Positions 9,987 to 21,586 of a stretch of DNA of 64,000 nucleotides are shown piece by piece. A program made the translations under genes and the position numbers. This DNA is from Candidatus Bathyarchaeia archaeon (GTDB taxonomy: Archaea > Thermoproteota > Bathyarchaeia > Bathyarchaeales > Bathycorpusculaceae), in contig JBEKBM010000016.1 in NCBI GenBank assembly GCA_050015395.1, positions 1-64,000 of the forward strand, read 5' to 3'. Below the pieces are notes generated by a model. The model was given only the letters and a program-made list of their open reading frames with translations, searched no databases and had not been told where the DNA came from. How positions within the stretch are numbered: the first letter of the stretch is position 1; the number at the start of each line of letters is the position of its first letter.

Positions 9987-11432
9987 TTATCTTACTTTAC
10001 GGTCGACTATTCTTCCGTCAGCGGCGATCAGTTTCACGTCTAAGGGCATGTTGCCGACAGCATGGGTTGCGCAACTCAGGCACGGGTCAAACGCTCGTAT
10101 TACTGCTTCAACCCTGTTTAGCATGCCTTCTTGGAGCTGTTTTGCTTTAACGTATTTTTTGGCAACTTGAGTTATTGCCATGTTATAGGCGAGGTTGTTG
10201 TGTTCCGTGGCGATGATCATGTTGTTCCATGTAATTAGTCCTTGCGGGTCAACCTTATAGTGGTGAATCAGTGTGCCTCTTGGCGCTTCAGCCACGCCGA
10301 CTCCTTCATAATTGTTTATCATTGCTTTGGATGTAACGTGTTCGGAGAGGATTTCTGGGTCTTCAAGCAGTTTCTTGGCGGTTTCAACGCAGAACAGCAA
10401 CTCTACCAAGCGTGCGTAGTGATATTGGAAAGTGCTTTGAACAACTCCGTTCTTACCTAGCTTCTTGAATTCTTTTAGTTCTTGGTCTGCAAGCGGTGTA
10501 TCGCAGTGCGAAGCGACGTTAAGTCTTGCTAATGGTCCGACTCTGTAGGCGCCATCTGGGTAACCGATTGATTTGAAGTATGGGAACTTCATGAAGGACC
10601 ATGGTTCAACTGCTTCACCGATAAATTCATTGTACTTTGTAGGGTCAACGCATTCCGCCACTACCTTGCCATTCTTGTCCATTATTCGGATTTTGCCGTC
10701 ATAATGTTCAAGTCCGCCGTCAGGAGTTACCAAACCCATGTAGTAAGTTGGGAAGTTTCCGAAGTTTTCTACTTCCTCATCAAAGTTTTCTAACCATTTC
10801 TTGTACAAGGCTAATGTTTTTAGTGTGATGTCTAATGCTTCAGGCAGGTTAGCTTTTAGGTAATCTGCTTTTTCCTTGGTTAGTGGCCATTTGGCTCCTC
10901 CTGGAAGAATCCATTCGCTTGAGTGTATTCTTTTGCCAGCGATTTTCTCGATTAATTCTTGACCGAATTTTCGAAGCTTAACACCTTGCAATGCGAGTGC
11001 AGGCTGTTTTTCTATTAGACCGAAAATGTTTCTTGTTGCAGGGTCTGAGTCCATGCCTAGGAGTAAGTCTGGAGCGCAGAGATAATAGAAGTTTAATGCA
11101 TGTGACTGAATTATTTGGCCCATATGCATTAAACGGCGTAGCTTAATGGCGGTTTGTGGTGGGCTAACTCCGACGATTGCGTCGCATGCTTTAGCTGATG
11201 CTAGCAGGTGGCTTACTGGGCAGATTCCGCAGGCTCTAGACGTTATGCTGGGCATCTCGTAGAATGGTCGTCCTTCAGTGAATTTTTCAAAGCCTCTAAA
11301 GTCAACTACTTGGAACCGGGCTTCTTTTACTGAATCGTCGTCGTTTAGGAAGATGCTTACTTGAGCGTGTCCTTCTATTCTCGTAATAGGGCTGATTACG
11401 ATTTCTTTACTGTTTTTTTCTGTTTTAACCAT
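9987..11432 (-). CDS. hoxH: NAD-reducing [NiFe] hydrogenase large subunit HoxH (group 3d-like)
   Basis: [59 protein letters not shown]; last gene of an EFUYH-ordered operon. Confidence 0.85.
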   Translation of the reverse strand: MVKTEKNSKEIVISPITRIEGHAQVSIFLNDDDSVKEARFQVVDFRGFEKFTEGRPFYEMPSITSRACGICPVSHLLASAKACDAIVGVSPPQTAIKLRRLMHMGQIIQSHALNFYYLCAPDLLLGMDSDPATRNIFGLIEKQPALALQGVKLRKFGQELIEKIAGKRIHSSEWILPGGAKWPLTKEKADYLKANLPEALDITLKTLALYKKWLENFDEEVENFGNFPTYYMGLVTPDGGLEHYDGKIRIMDKNGKVVAECVDPTKYNEFIGEAVEPWSFMKFPYFKSIGYPDGAYRVGPLARLNVASHCDTPLADQELKEFKKLGKNGVVQSTFQYHYARLVELLFCVETAKKLLEDPEILSEHVTSKAMINNYEGVGVAEAPRGTLIHHYKVDPQGLITWNNMIIATEHNNLAYNMAITQVAKKYVKAKQLQEGMLNRVEAVIRAFDPCLSCATHAVGNMPLDVKLIAADGRIVDRKVR

Positions 11433-11961
11433 ATTTTGATCTACCCTCCATGTTAGGTGTTCGACCAGCCAATAACTCAGTTAACACGTAGTCAATCAGG
11501 TCTGCAGACGGCGGACACCCAGGAATGAAAAAGTCAACCTTAACAGCTTCGTGAAGTGGAAGAGCCTTAATCAAAAGTTTAGGCACATCCGTTGGGATTG
11601 CAGCGTTCAAATCAGACTTTTCCTTGTATGCTCGTTCCAGCACTGCTTGATCACTGTGACGCCATGAATTTCTCAATGCGGTAACGTTTCCTGTTACGGC
11701 GCAATCACCAAGTGAAATCAAAACTTTTGTTCGAGCTCTTACCTTCTGGAGCATGTGCAGTTGCTCTTCGTTTGCTATTGCGCCTTCGATGAGTGTTACG
11801 TCAACGTTTTCTGGAAATTCCTTTACGTCAGCGATTGGGCTGTAAACTAACTGTATTTTCTGGGCTAAATCAATAAGTCGCTCATCTTGATCTAGGAATG
11901 ACATGTGGCAACCTGAGCAGCCGCTAAGCCAAACGGTGGCGACTCTAACTTTTCCGGTCAT
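11425..11961 (-). CDS. hoxY: Hydrogenase small subunit HoxY (single proximal cluster)
   Basis: ATVWLSGCSGCHMSFLD, GDCAVTGNV, PGCPP; only 178 aa. Confidence 0.88.
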   Translation of the reverse strand: MTGKVRVATVWLSGCSGCHMSFLDQDERLIDLAQKIQLVYSPIADVKEFPENVDVTLIEGAIANEEQLHMLQKVRARTKVLISLGDCAVTGNVTALRNSWRHSDQAVLERAYKEKSDLNAAIPTDVPKLLIKALPLHEAVKVDFFIPGCPPSADLIDYVLTELLAGRTPNMEGRSKYG

Positions 11962-12665
11962 TTGCGGTTCCTCCTTTCCAAGATAAACTCGGCAATATCT
12001 TTACGCTTGGTGTGTTCGATGGGTTCTGCTTCAATGTAGATTGCTCCTACAGGGCAAACTTTTGCGCATTTGCGGCATGAAGTGCATGAGCAAGAATTAG
12101 CCCAAGGTTCATCAAGATCCATGATTACCTGAGAGTCTTTACCTCGTAGCTTAAGGTCAAGCGTGTGAACGCCTTCAATTTGATCACAGACACGAATGCA
12201 TCGAGTACACAAAATGCATCTGTTGCGGTCAATAACTAAGAAGTCATGAGTTAAATCAATTTGATCATTGCTCCAGTTTCGTTCAAACATGACATGGTCA
12301 ACGCCAAGCTGGTTTGCCAATGCTTGCAGTTCACAGTGGTCGTTAGCTACACAGACTGAGCAGATGTGAGTTCGCTCAGCAAGAAGCATTTGCACAACCA
12401 TCTTGCGGTGATCTTTAAGCCTGTCTGAACTGGTTGTAATTTCCATTCCTGGTCCTACTGGTGTTGTGCAAGCAGGGAAGAGCTTTGGTGAACCGCTAAT
12501 TTCAACTAGGCAGAGGCGGCAGCCGCCATACGCAGTTAAACCTTCTAGGTTGCATAATGTGGGAATTATGATGCCGTTATCTTTAGAAGCTTTCAGAATG
12601 GTGGTGCCTTCAGGAACTGAAACTTCAACGCCGTCAATTTTGAGGTTAACACTTGAAACAATCAT
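11958..12665 (-). CDS. hoxU: Diaphorase Fe-S subunit HoxU (NuoG N-terminal-like)
   Basis: IPTLC..GGCRLCLVE..PAC; HICSVC..CELQ; RCILCTRCIRVC; CTSCRKCAKVCP. Confidence 0.88.
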   Translation of the reverse strand: MIVSSVNLKIDGVEVSVPEGTTILKASKDNGIIIPTLCNLEGLTAYGGCRLCLVEISGSPKLFPACTTPVGPGMEITTSSDRLKDHRKMVVQMLLAERTHICSVCVANDHCELQALANQLGVDHVMFERNWSNDQIDLTHDFLVIDRNRCILCTRCIRVCDQIEGVHTLDLKLRGKDSQVIMDLDEPWANSCSCTSCRKCAKVCPVGAIYIEAEPIEHTKRKDIAEFILERRNRK

Positions 12666-12667
12666 GT

Positions 12668-14329
12668 TTATTCTTCCTCCTTAGCCTTCTTGAAGCATTT
12701 ACCCGCTTCACACTTCTTTTCAACGATATGTTTGATGTATTCATCTCTGAAGTATCGAAGAGTAGTTATAACTGGATTAGGAGCTGTTTGTCCAAGACCA
12801 CAAAGGCTTGCATCTCGTATGAAAACACCAGATTTCTCAAGAGTGGCAATGTCTTCCATTTTGCCGTTCCCGGTAGTAATTTGGTCATATATTTCTTTAA
12901 CTCGGGCTAAGCCTGCTCTGCAGGGAGTACATTTGCCGCATGATTCGTCTACACAGAATTCGGTGAAGAACCTTGCAGTATCAACCATACAGGATTCATC
13001 GTCAAGTACTACAATACCGCCTGAACCCATAATTGCTCCAACTTTTGTTAATGACTCATAGTCGATTGGAGACTCAAGTAATGTTTCAGGTAGACAACCG
13101 CCTGAAGGACCTCCTACAAGGACAGCTTTGAATTTTTTTCCGTCAGAAACGCCACCGCCGATGTCGAATACCACTTCTCTAAGCGTGATTCCCATAGGCA
13201 CCTCAATTAAGCCTGGATTGTTAACTTTCCCAGTTAATGAGAAGCATTTGGTTCCACTGCATCTTGGCGTGCCAATCTTTGAGAACCATAAGCCACCGTT
13301 TTGTATGATTAGCGGTATGTTGGCTAAGGTTTCAACGTTCTGTATAAGCGTTGGTTTCTGCCATAAACCAGAGTTTGCTGGATATGGTGGACGTGGACGA
13401 GGCATCGCTCTGCGACCTTCAACTGAGGCAAGAATAGCTGTTTCTTCTCCAGCTACGAATGCGCCTGCGCCGAACCGTAGTTCAAGGTCAAACTTGAATT
13501 GAGTCTCCAAAATATTATCACCCAGCAATGACATTGCTTTTGCTTGAGCTATAGCTTTCACTAACGTTTGAATAGCTAATGGATACTCGGACCTAATGTA
13601 AATGTAACCTTTTTCTGCTCCAACAGCATAAGCGGCAATAAGCATGCCTTCGATAATAGCGTGCGGATCAGCTTCAGCTAAGGTTCTGTTTGCGAAGACA
13701 CCTGGGTCTCCTTCGTCTAAGTTGGCAACTATGTATTTTGGAGAGTTGTGTGACCTTGATACAAGAGTCCATTTTTGCCCAGTTGGGAAACCTGCGCCGC
13801 CTCGACCTCTAAGACCGCTGGTTGTAACTTCGTATATTACGCCTTGCGGCGTCATTGTTGCGAGACATTTAGCTAGGGCAGAGTAGCCGCCTGCAGAAAT
13901 GTAGTCTTGAATTCTTGAAGGGTCAATTTTTCCAGCATTGCGCAAGACAAGTCGATGTTGCTTTTTGAAGTAAGCTTCATTTTTGTATAGCATTTCTTTA
14001 ACTGGTAAACCAAGAACTATGTGGTCACGGACTATTTCTCTTACTGTTTCCGGAGTAACGGCTTGGTAAAGGTAGTCTCCCGGTTCAATTAGCACTGCTG
14101 GACCGACAGAGCATGTGCCGATGCAGCCTGTTCTGGCTACTTTGCATTCTTTTTCTACGCCGAATTCTTTTACGGCATCTTCGAATGCTTTCAGTACTTT
14201 GAAAGCTCCGAAGGGAACACATCCGCTTGAACAGCAAACGTTAATGCGGTATTTGTAAGCTTTTTGGAAATCAAGTTCTTGCTCTGTTATTTTTTGAAGA
14301 TCAGCTAGTTTCAGCTTTAATTCCTCCAA
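12668..14329 (-). CDS. hoxF: Diaphorase flavoprotein HoxF (NuoF-like with N-terminal [2Fe-2S] domain)
   Basis: SGLRGRGGAGFPTG, DEGDPG, GAGAFVAGEETA, ESCGKCTPCR..LCGLG. Confidence 0.88.
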   Translation of the reverse strand: MEELKLKLADLQKITEQELDFQKAYKYRINVCCSSGCVPFGAFKVLKAFEDAVKEFGVEKECKVARTGCIGTCSVGPAVLIEPGDYLYQAVTPETVREIVRDHIVLGLPVKEMLYKNEAYFKKQHRLVLRNAGKIDPSRIQDYISAGGYSALAKCLATMTPQGVIYEVTTSGLRGRGGAGFPTGQKWTLVSRSHNSPKYIVANLDEGDPGVFANRTLAEADPHAIIEGMLIAAYAVGAEKGYIYIRSEYPLAIQTLVKAIAQAKAMSLLGDNILETQFKFDLELRFGAGAFVAGEETAILASVEGRRAMPRPRPPYPANSGLWQKPTLIQNVETLANIPLIIQNGGLWFSKIGTPRCSGTKCFSLTGKVNNPGLIEVPMGITLREVVFDIGGGVSDGKKFKAVLVGGPSGGCLPETLLESPIDYESLTKVGAIMGSGGIVVLDDESCMVDTARFFTEFCVDESCGKCTPCRAGLARVKEIYDQITTGNGKMEDIATLEKSGVFIRDASLCGLGQTAPNPVITTLRYFRDEYIKHIVEKKCEAGKCFKKAKEEE

Positions 14330-14792
14330 GTACGTTTTTTATTTTTTCTATCACTATTTCTTTTGTGGCTTTACCTATAACTTCGTCATCAACCACAATG
14401 TTTGGTGCCATAGCGCATGCACCGATGCAACGTGTGATAAGCAGGGAAAGTTTTTCGTCGGAAGTTGATCCTCCACGTTTAAGATTAAATTCTTTTTCAA
14501 CTGCCTCCATGATTTGTTCAACTTCTCTCACGTAGCAGGCAGTTCCTAAGCAACCTGTCACTATGTGTTGACCTGGTTTTTTAAGCTTGAAGAAGCTGTA
14601 GAAAGTGGTTACACCGTAAACGTGGCTCGGAGGGATGTTAAGCGACCCAGAAATATCCATAAGCAAATCCTTATCTAAATAACCGTAAATTTCTTGGGCA
14701 CGATGCAGTATTTCTAGAAGAGCACTTTCTTGAAAATTGTGCTCTTTCAAAACTTTTTCCAGCAATAAACGTCTATTATCTTGCTCAACCAA
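14301..14792 (-). CDS. hoxE: HoxE / NuoE-like [2Fe-2S] subunit
   Basis: YGVTTFYSFF, CLGTAC, RCIGAC; AGGAGG SD before TTG start. Confidence 0.88.
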   Translation of the reverse strand: MVEQDNRRLLLEKVLKEHNFQESALLEILHRAQEIYGYLDKDLLMDISGSLNIPPSHVYGVTTFYSFFKLKKPGQHIVTGCLGTACYVREVEQIMEAVEKEFNLKRGGSTSDEKLSLLITRCIGACAMAPNIVVDDEVIGKATKEIVIEKIKNVLGGIKAETS

Positions 14793-15116
14793 ACTTTGAT
14801 CCTCCTTTTAAGTTATGGGAATCATTGGTAATCGGAGGCACTACTGACAGCCCTAGTATAAAAGTGTAGAGGGTCAATTCAAACAAATCTTAACAATAAC
14901 CAATAAAACCAGCTTTTCAACAATGAACCTTTAAATCGTTAGGGATTGGAGAAAGTAGGTGTTTGCTCATTCCTTTTCTGATTTAAGACTAATTTATCGG
15001 TCCATTTGCACATTTTCAGCAAGAAAATCGCTTACATTAAGCAAATGGAATAGACATAAAGAATGCGCATAATATCAAAAGAAAACTTTACCGATTTGTA
15101 AATAGTTAAGCGGAAG

Positions 15117-15545
15117 CTACCTTGCCTTTGGCTGTTCGTGGGCTTCACTTTTGTTTTCTTCCGAAGCTTGTGCCACCTGTATTTTTTCTGCTGCAACTTT
15201 CGGCGAAATCTTTGGCCGGAGACATCGACTATCCATATCCATATTTTTGAGGTCTAAAACGCCTTTCACATGTGCCCGTCCACATTCCTCCATAACTTCT
15301 GGAGCGGTTTTTGCAGGCGTAGCAATTATGGCTAAATCAACAGGTTCAGGAATCTGATCGACTGTTTTGTATGTTTTAACTCCTAAAATCTCGGTTCGAA
15401 TATTCACGAAGTAAACTTTGCCAACATAACCCAGTTGAGTAAAATTTTTTGCTATAGCATATCCAACTGAGCCTTCGACTTCACTGGCTCCAATGATGGC
15501 TACATTTTGAGGGTTGAAAATCTTGTCAAGGTTTAATGTAACCAT
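15117..15545 (-). pseudogene. Internally deleted acyl-CoA ligase/GNAT (Pat-like) remnant
   Basis: First ~95 aa align with the CoA-binding N-terminus of 26699..29365 (KIFNP..VAIIGAS...DLAIIATPA..EECG), then an abrupt unrelated tail. Confidence 0.7.
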
Positions 15546-15736
15546 TTCTTAATTTAACCTCTGAGTTATTGGGTCGTGTAACGGCATAAATAAGTTTGTT
15601 GTGTCTTCGTTTTTCTTTGACGAAATTCAATATTCTAAAAAGCAAAACTAATGCTTAAAGATTACATAGTTCGGATAACTTGACATTTGTGGACCGTTTT
15701 CATTTCTTTAAGTGTTAAGGTCTAGCAGAACTTCCT

Positions 15737-16720
15737 TTATTGTTCCGTCATCTTTCTTCTGAGGATTGATGACGGTAACGAGTACATGTAGAACGTTCCG
15801 ATTGGATCTTTGATTTGGCTTATTAGATTCTCAACGTCTTCCTCAGAGTGATGCTCCTGTTCTCCTTCCAACCCGAGGATAGAGGCTAACGCGCTAAGCA
15901 TAGCTGCGCCCTGTTCTATCGAGTTCGGACAAGGCCCGCCGCATCCTGTGCAGGGCATGTCAACGGTCAAGCACTTAGCTTCGCATCCGCCGCGAGTTGC
16001 TGGTCCCATGCATATTATTCCCTGTTCAAGTAGGCACTTTTCTGGTTCAGGAGTCTTCTCATGAACGCGGTATATCTTCGAGATTCTTTTGTCTTCCTTT
16101 TTTCTTTGGCATTCGTCACACACAGACTTCAATGGTGCAAGCACCGAACCCTTTGGAGGCAGTGCTTTTTTCGCTACGGCTTCAACAGCGTTCACTATTA
16201 ATTTAACTGGAGGCGGACAGCCGGGAATGTAGTAGTCCACATCAACAGTCTGATCTAAAGTCTTCACAGTGTCGTAGAATTCTGGAAGCTTCAAAACGCC
16301 TTCTTTCGCTTCAGTCTTGGTTTTGGGAAGCACTCTGCTTGGATTGGAGGTGGATTTGGTTTCCAAGTAGACCTTGTTGAAAATCTCTTTGCGATTATGG
16401 AGGTTTGCCAGTCCTGGTATGCCCCCCTCTTGAGCGCAGGAGCCGAATGCTACAAGCGTCTTGGACTTTCGTCTCAGGAGTTTAGCCATGTGTTCTTGTT
16501 CTTCGCTTCTGACTGAACCGTTGAAGAAGCATATGTCCATGTGTTTATCAGGCATGGCTTCGACGTCTTTGTACTTGACGTCCATGGCTACAGGCCAGAA
16601 CACTATGTCCGCCATTTGCACCACATCTAATATTTTCTCGTTTAAGTCCAACACTGCTATGTCGCATCCACCGCAACCTGCAGCCCAGTAGAAGCCCAGT
16701 TTCAATTTCTCTTCATCCAT
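15737..16720 (-). CDS. mvhG: MvhG (copy 2); no downstream mvhA
   Basis: Closely paralogous to 7151..8140 with the same Cys motifs. Confidence 0.88.
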   Translation of the reverse strand: MDEEKLKLGFYWAAGCGGCDIAVLDLNEKILDVVQMADIVFWPVAMDVKYKDVEAMPDKHMDICFFNGSVRSEEQEHMAKLLRRKSKTLVAFGSCAQEGGIPGLANLHNRKEIFNKVYLETKSTSNPSRVLPKTKTEAKEGVLKLPEFYDTVKTLDQTVDVDYYIPGCPPPVKLIVNAVEAVAKKALPPKGSVLAPLKSVCDECQRKKEDKRISKIYRVHEKTPEPEKCLLEQGIICMGPATRGGCEAKCLTVDMPCTGCGGPCPNSIEQGAAMLSALASILGLEGEQEHHSEEDVENLISQIKDPIGTFYMYSLPSSILRRKMTEQ

Positions 16721-17612
16721 CTGTTTTTCCGCCTTCACACACTTGCTTTAATATTTTTGAGCAGTCAACTCGCAATTCATTGAAGGATAGTTCATTAGGT
16801 GACATTCCCATTGCTAGGCCCAGCAATTGAGGATAATGCAGAATTGGAATACCGTAGACTTCATTGAACATCTTTTCAATACGCTGCTGATTCGTGTCGT
16901 ACATGATGTGACAGAACGGGCAGATCGTTATCATGGCTTGTGCATCTACTGCTTTGATGTGGGTCAACTTGTCCCTTGCCAACTGCAGGGCAACCTTGTC
17001 GCTCACTCCTACACTCGGGGCGCCACAGCATTCAGTTTCATCCATGTAATCCAGGCATGAGGCACCAGTCGCTTCAATCAGCTTTTTGAGTCCTGTGGGG
17101 TTTTCCGGGTCCTCGAACCCTACAATGTCTTTCGGCCTCAAAATGTGACAGCCGTTGTGCTCCGCAACCTTGACGTTCGATAGAGGTTTGATCACTGAGC
17201 GTTTTATTTTTTCCAGGCCGATATCCTCGATTAGCACTTGTATAAGATGCTTCGGGCTCACTGTCCCCTTGAACTCTAAATTTGCTTCCTTCAAATTACT
17301 GTTTATTTCGTCACGCAGAGACTTATCCTGTTTCAGCATACTTTTGACCTTTTTCAAAGTTCCTGCGCAACCTGGGCACAGTGCCAAAATATCCAAACCT
17401 TGCTGCTCTGCCAAAGACAAATTGCGTGCTGCCAAGATGAGCATTGTTTCATGGCTGACGGGGTCTAATGGAAGACCGCAGCAATTGAACTCTGGCATCT
17501 CGATAAGTTCAACGCCTAGTTTTCCTAGAATTTTCCGAGCCGAAATCTCATACGCGGATACGCGATAGGGAATTGCGCATCCAAGAAACAGGAGATACCT
17601 ATGTTCGCCCAT
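16713..17612 (-). CDS. hdrB: HdrB (copy 2)
   Basis: Closely paralogous to 8133..9029; CCG motifs intact. Confidence 0.9.
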   Translation of the reverse strand: MGEHRYLLFLGCAIPYRVSAYEISARKILGKLGVELIEMPEFNCCGLPLDPVSHETMLILAARNLSLAEQQGLDILALCPGCAGTLKKVKSMLKQDKSLRDEINSNLKEANLEFKGTVSPKHLIQVLIEDIGLEKIKRSVIKPLSNVKVAEHNGCHILRPKDIVGFEDPENPTGLKKLIEATGASCLDYMDETECCGAPSVGVSDKVALQLARDKLTHIKAVDAQAMITICPFCHIMYDTNQQRIEKMFNEVYGIPILHYPQLLGLAMGMSPNELSFNELRVDCSKILKQVCEGGKTDG

Positions 17613-17613
17613 C

Positions 17614-18129
17614 TTACTCACCATTCTTCTCGACGAGTTTCAGAAAGTGCACCCTTTGCAGAGTCTTCCTGATGCTTTCAGGATTGCCTTTAGGCAAAGG
17701 AGGAAGCCCCAGAATCTCGCGTTTCTTCTGCCTCAACTCCGGAATTTTGTATGCATAACCAGATTCCAGAACGCTTGCGCATTGGTCCTTGAATACCTGA
17801 GGCATGCAACCCTCTTGAGCCGCAAGATTTCTCAAGACACGAATGACACTTGCTACTTCAACGTCCTGAGGGCATCGGTCTGAGCACGTGAAGCATGCCG
17901 CGCAGAGCCATAAGGTGTCACTATGCAATACTCTTTCTCTTAGGCCAAGCTGGGTCATTCGAATTATCTGTCTGGGTCTGTAAGTGTCACTGAACCTTGC
18001 GATGGGGCAATCTGACGTGCATGTTCCACATTGGAAACAGCGCATCAGCTTTTCACCACCCTGTATCTTTGAGATTTCATGTTTGAATTTAGGGTCAATT
18101 TCCGACTGTTTTATCGTTTCTGTTGTCAA
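17614..18129 (-). CDS. hdrC: HdrC (copy 2)
   Basis: [25 protein letters not shown]. Confidence 0.9.
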   Translation of the reverse strand: MTTETIKQSEIDPKFKHEISKIQGGEKLMRCFQCGTCTSDCPIARFSDTYRPRQIIRMTQLGLRERVLHSDTLWLCAACFTCSDRCPQDVEVASVIRVLRNLAAQEGCMPQVFKDQCASVLESGYAYKIPELRQKKREILGLPPLPKGNPESIRKTLQRVHFLKLVEKNGE

Positions 18130-18563
18130 GTTTTTACCTCCTTAATCGTTAACGGGTTTGGTCCCAATTCCTTGATCTCTCTTACCATGTCACGGACTAC
18201 GGCTGCGAATTTGTCTCCTTCGCTTGCGGAGATCCACTCCAACCTGACGCGTTTATTCTCGATACCGAACTCTTGTAGGACTTTTTTCAGAAGGGTTATC
18301 CTCCGTTTAGCTTTGAAATTTCCGTTGATGTAGTGGCAGTCTGAGGGCAAATGGCAACCTGCAATGAGCACGCCGTCGGCACCATCTTTGAAAGCTTTTA
18401 GGATAAAGGCTGGGTCAATTCTGCCACTGCACATTACTCGAATAATTATAATGTTCGGCGGATACTGGATCCTACTCACACCGGCTAGATCCGCGCCTGC
18501 ATAGCTACACCAGTTGCAGAGAAAACCGATTATCTTGGGTTCAAAACCGTCGAAGGCAGTCAT
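18126..18563 (-). CDS. mvhD: MvhD [2Fe-2S] subunit
   Basis: [39 protein letters not shown]. Confidence 0.92.
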   Translation of the reverse strand: MTAFDGFEPKIIGFLCNWCSYAGADLAGVSRIQYPPNIIIIRVMCSGRIDPAFILKAFKDGADGVLIAGCHLPSDCHYINGNFKAKRRITLLKKVLQEFGIENKRVRLEWISASEGDKFAAVVRDMVREIKELGPNPLTIKEVKT

Positions 18564-21500
18564 CGGTCTTCCTCCAGCAATGCAGCGTCAATCTGTGCAA
18601 GAATTTCTTCGTTCGTGAAGTGCCCTAATGTAATGGCTTTGGTTGGACAGGCTGTGCCGCAGGAACCACACCCTTTGCATAATGCTTCTAACACGTGCGC
18701 AACGGGCTTGCCGTTCTTAATTTGAATTTCAACCGCTCCATAGGGGCACAGATGCTCGCAAACTCTGCAGCCACTGCATAAATCTTCGACCACACTTGCA
18801 ATGGATCCTTCCGTCTCAAGTGTTTTCTTCGAAAGCACCGTCGTGGCCCTGGCCGCAGCTGCACATGCCTGAGCAATGCTCTCGTCTAAGTACTTTGGTG
18901 AGTGCGCCATACCACAGAGGAAGATTCCGTCCGTGGCAAAATCAACGGGTCTGAGCTTCATGTGCGCTTCCAAGAAGAAACCATCCTTTGTTAGGGGCAC
19001 CTTCAGCATCTCTGCCAGGTGCTTGTTTCCGGGATTTGGGACCGTCGCTGCGCTTAAAACCACTAGGTCAGGTTCTAGTTCAACTTCCTGCCTTAAGACT
19101 GGTTCCCAGAAGACAGTCCTGAGCTTTCCGTTGTCTATTGTGATGCGTGGTTTTCTTTCCTCGTCGAAACTTATGAAAAGAGTGCCTTTCGCCGCCGACT
19201 CGCGGTAGAAGTCTTCTTTAAAACCGTAAGTTCTCATGTCCTTGTAAAGAATGTAGACCTCCGCTTCCGGGTCTGTTTCTTTGATTTTGAGAGCGTTTTT
19301 TGTGGCTTGTCCGCAGCATATTCGTGCGCAATTCGGTTTTTCCTTGTTTCTTGCTCCAACGCACTGGATCATCACTACGCTTTTGGCCTTGAATTGACCT
19401 TTGGCGAGGGTTTTTTCCAGTTCGTGCTGCGTTATTATCCTCGGGTCTTCACCGTAGAGGTATTCTGTAGGCGTGTATTCCATGGCCCCTGTGGCTACGA
19501 TAATTATTCCGTGTTCAAGTTCCTTCAGCATGTTTGGCTGCTTTATCTTGGACTTGAAGTTGCCTACGAACCCGTAGACGTCTAAGACCTCTGCCTCTGT
19601 GTAAATGTGAATGTTTTCGTTTTTCTTAACCTGCTCGATCAGGGCGTGGAGTTTCTTTTGGGGATCAGTCTTCTCCCCCAGCAGGTAATAGATGTTGCGC
19701 AGGTGACCGCCCAACTCCGGCTCCTTCTCGACAAGGTGTACTTCAAACCCTTGCTTGGCGAGCTCTAAGGCTGCAGTCATTCCTGAAACCCCGCCGCCTA
19801 TGACTAAGCCAACTTGAGTGACGTTTATGAGTGGCTTCTTCAAAGGTTTCAAAAGCTTGGCCTTAGCGGTAATCGAACGCACGAGGTCCTTGGCTTTCTT
19901 GGTTGCTTCTTTCGGTTGGTGCATGTGGACCCAGCTGCATTGGTCGCGGATGTTCGTCATTTCAAACAAGTACGGATTCAATCCAGCTTCCTGCACCGTT
20001 TCCTTGAATAGTGGCTCATGGGTTCGCGGAGTGCACGACGCCACAACCACACGGTTAAGCTTGTTCTGCACAATCTTTTCTTTGATGAGTTTCTGTGTGT
20101 CCTGCGAACATGTGTAAACGTTCGCTTCTGCATAAACAACATTGGGCAAAGTCTTGGCGTACTCCACAACCTCGGGAACATTCACCACTCCGTCAATGTT
20201 GATCCCGCAGTGGCAAATGAAGACGCCGATTCGAGGTGGCTCTTGAAGGACATCTCTTTCCGGTGGGTAGCTTCGCGCTGTAACTTGAGTTCCTCTGGCG
20301 CTAGCTATTATGCTCATAGCTTTGGCTGCAGCTCCGCTTGCTTGCGCTACGCTCTCTGGGATGTCTTTAGGCGCGGAAAAAGCTCCGCAAACGAATATGC
20401 CTGGTTTTGACGTGCTCATCGGGGCGAACGTTTGAGTTTCGCAAAAATTATATTGGTTAAGCTCAATTCCCAGAACGTCTGCGAGTTTTTCTATATTTTT
20501 CGGAGGCAGCATACCTATGGACAGGACTACCATGTCGAACTCTTCGTTCACGGGCGTTTCATCTTTGACGTAGTGAACAAAAAGATTACCAGTGGCTGGG
20601 TCCTCGGTGACTGAACCCACGCGTGAACGCATAAATCTTATGCCATACTCTTCTTCAGCACGGTTGCGATATTCGTCAAATTCCTTTCCATACGAACGCA
20701 TGTCCATGTAAAAAATTGATGCCGCGAGCGGCGTGGGCGTGTGCTCCTTTGCTATCACCGCTTCTTTGATCCCATACATGCAACAAGCTGCAGAACAATA
20801 TTTGTTTCCAACCTTATAATCCCTTGAACCCACACACTGAACGAACGCAACTCTTTTCGGTATTTCACCGTCTGAGGGCCGCAAGACAAGCCCGCCGTAA
20901 GGTCCAGAAGCACTCAATATACGTTCGAATTCGATGCTGTTAACCACGTTTGGGTAGCGTCCGTACCCATATTCAGTTTTGAGCCTTGCATCGAAAGGTT
21001 CGAAGCCCGGCGCGAGTATTATTGAGCCAACCCTCAGTTTGACTTGGCTGTCTTTCTGGTCATACTGAATTGCACCAGCCTTACAGACTTCCTCGCAAGT
21101 TCCGCATCCGATGCATTTTTCGCGGTCGATCAGGTACTTCAGCGGTACAGCCTGCGGATATTCAACGTAAACCGCGCCTTTCTGTCCGAGCCCTTCATTG
21201 AAAGAATCAACCGCTTCAATAGGACACTTCTGGGCGCACAGACCGCATCCGTTACACTTTTCCTCGATTATGAAACGGCTCTTTCGTTGAAGCCCAACTT
21301 CAAAGTTCCCGGCTTGGCCACTCAAATTCGCTATCTCAGCGTTCGTCAGGATTGTGATGTTTGGGTGTCTTCCGGTAGCCACAAGCTTGGGCGAAAGAAT
21401 ACACATTGAGCAATCATTTGTAGGAAATGTCTTGTCAAGCTGTGCCATCACACCGCCGATGCTGGGTCCTTTATCTATAAGGTATACCCTGAACCCTGAA

Positions 21501-21580
21501 TCAGCTAGGTCAAGTGAAGCCTGAATGCCCGCAACGCCGCCGCCAACAACCATTACTGCGCCGATTTTCTTGTCAACCAT
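18560..21580 (-). CDS. hdrA: Large (1006 aa) HdrA-family flavoprotein with two FAD modules
   Basis: [19 protein letters not shown], inserted ferredoxin, [12 protein letters not shown]; second module [27 protein letters not shown]-terminal 2x[4Fe-4S]. Confidence 0.9.
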   Translation of the reverse strand: MVDKKIGAVMVVGGGVAGIQASLDLADSGFRVYLIDKGPSIGGVMAQLDKTFPTNDCSMCILSPKLVATGRHPNITILTNAEIANLSGQAGNFEVGLQRKSRFIIEEKCNGCGLCAQKCPIEAVDSFNEGLGQKGAVYVEYPQAVPLKYLIDREKCIGCGTCEEVCKAGAIQYDQKDSQVKLRVGSIILAPGFEPFDARLKTEYGYGRYPNVVNSIEFERILSASGPYGGLVLRPSDGEIPKRVAFVQCVGSRDYKVGNKYCSAACCMYGIKEAVIAKEHTPTPLAASIFYMDMRSYGKEFDEYRNRAEEEYGIRFMRSRVGSVTEDPATGNLFVHYVKDETPVNEEFDMVVLSIGMLPPKNIEKLADVLGIELNQYNFCETQTFAPMSTSKPGIFVCGAFSAPKDIPESVAQASGAAAKAMSIIASARGTQVTARSYPPERDVLQEPPRIGVFICHCGINIDGVVNVPEVVEYAKTLPNVVYAEANVYTCSQDTQKLIKEKIVQNKLNRVVVASCTPRTHEPLFKETVQEAGLNPYLFEMTNIRDQCSWVHMHQPKEATKKAKDLVRSITAKAKLLKPLKKPLINVTQVGLVIGGGVSGMTAALELAKQGFEVHLVEKEPELGGHLRNIYYLLGEKTDPQKKLHALIEQVKKNENIHIYTEAEVLDVYGFVGNFKSKIKQPNMLKELEHGIIIVATGAMEYTPTEYLYGEDPRIITQHELEKTLAKGQFKAKSVVMIQCVGARNKEKPNCARICCGQATKNALKIKETDPEAEVYILYKDMRTYGFKEDFYRESAAKGTLFISFDEERKPRITIDNGKLRTVFWEPVLRQEVELEPDLVVLSAATVPNPGNKHLAEMLKVPLTKDGFFLEAHMKLRPVDFATDGIFLCGMAHSPKYLDESIAQACAAAARATTVLSKKTLETEGSIASVVEDLCSGCRVCEHLCPYGAVEIQIKNGKPVAHVLEALCKGCGSCGTACPTKAITLGHFTNEEILAQIDAALLEEDR

Positions 21581-21586
21581 CTGTTA

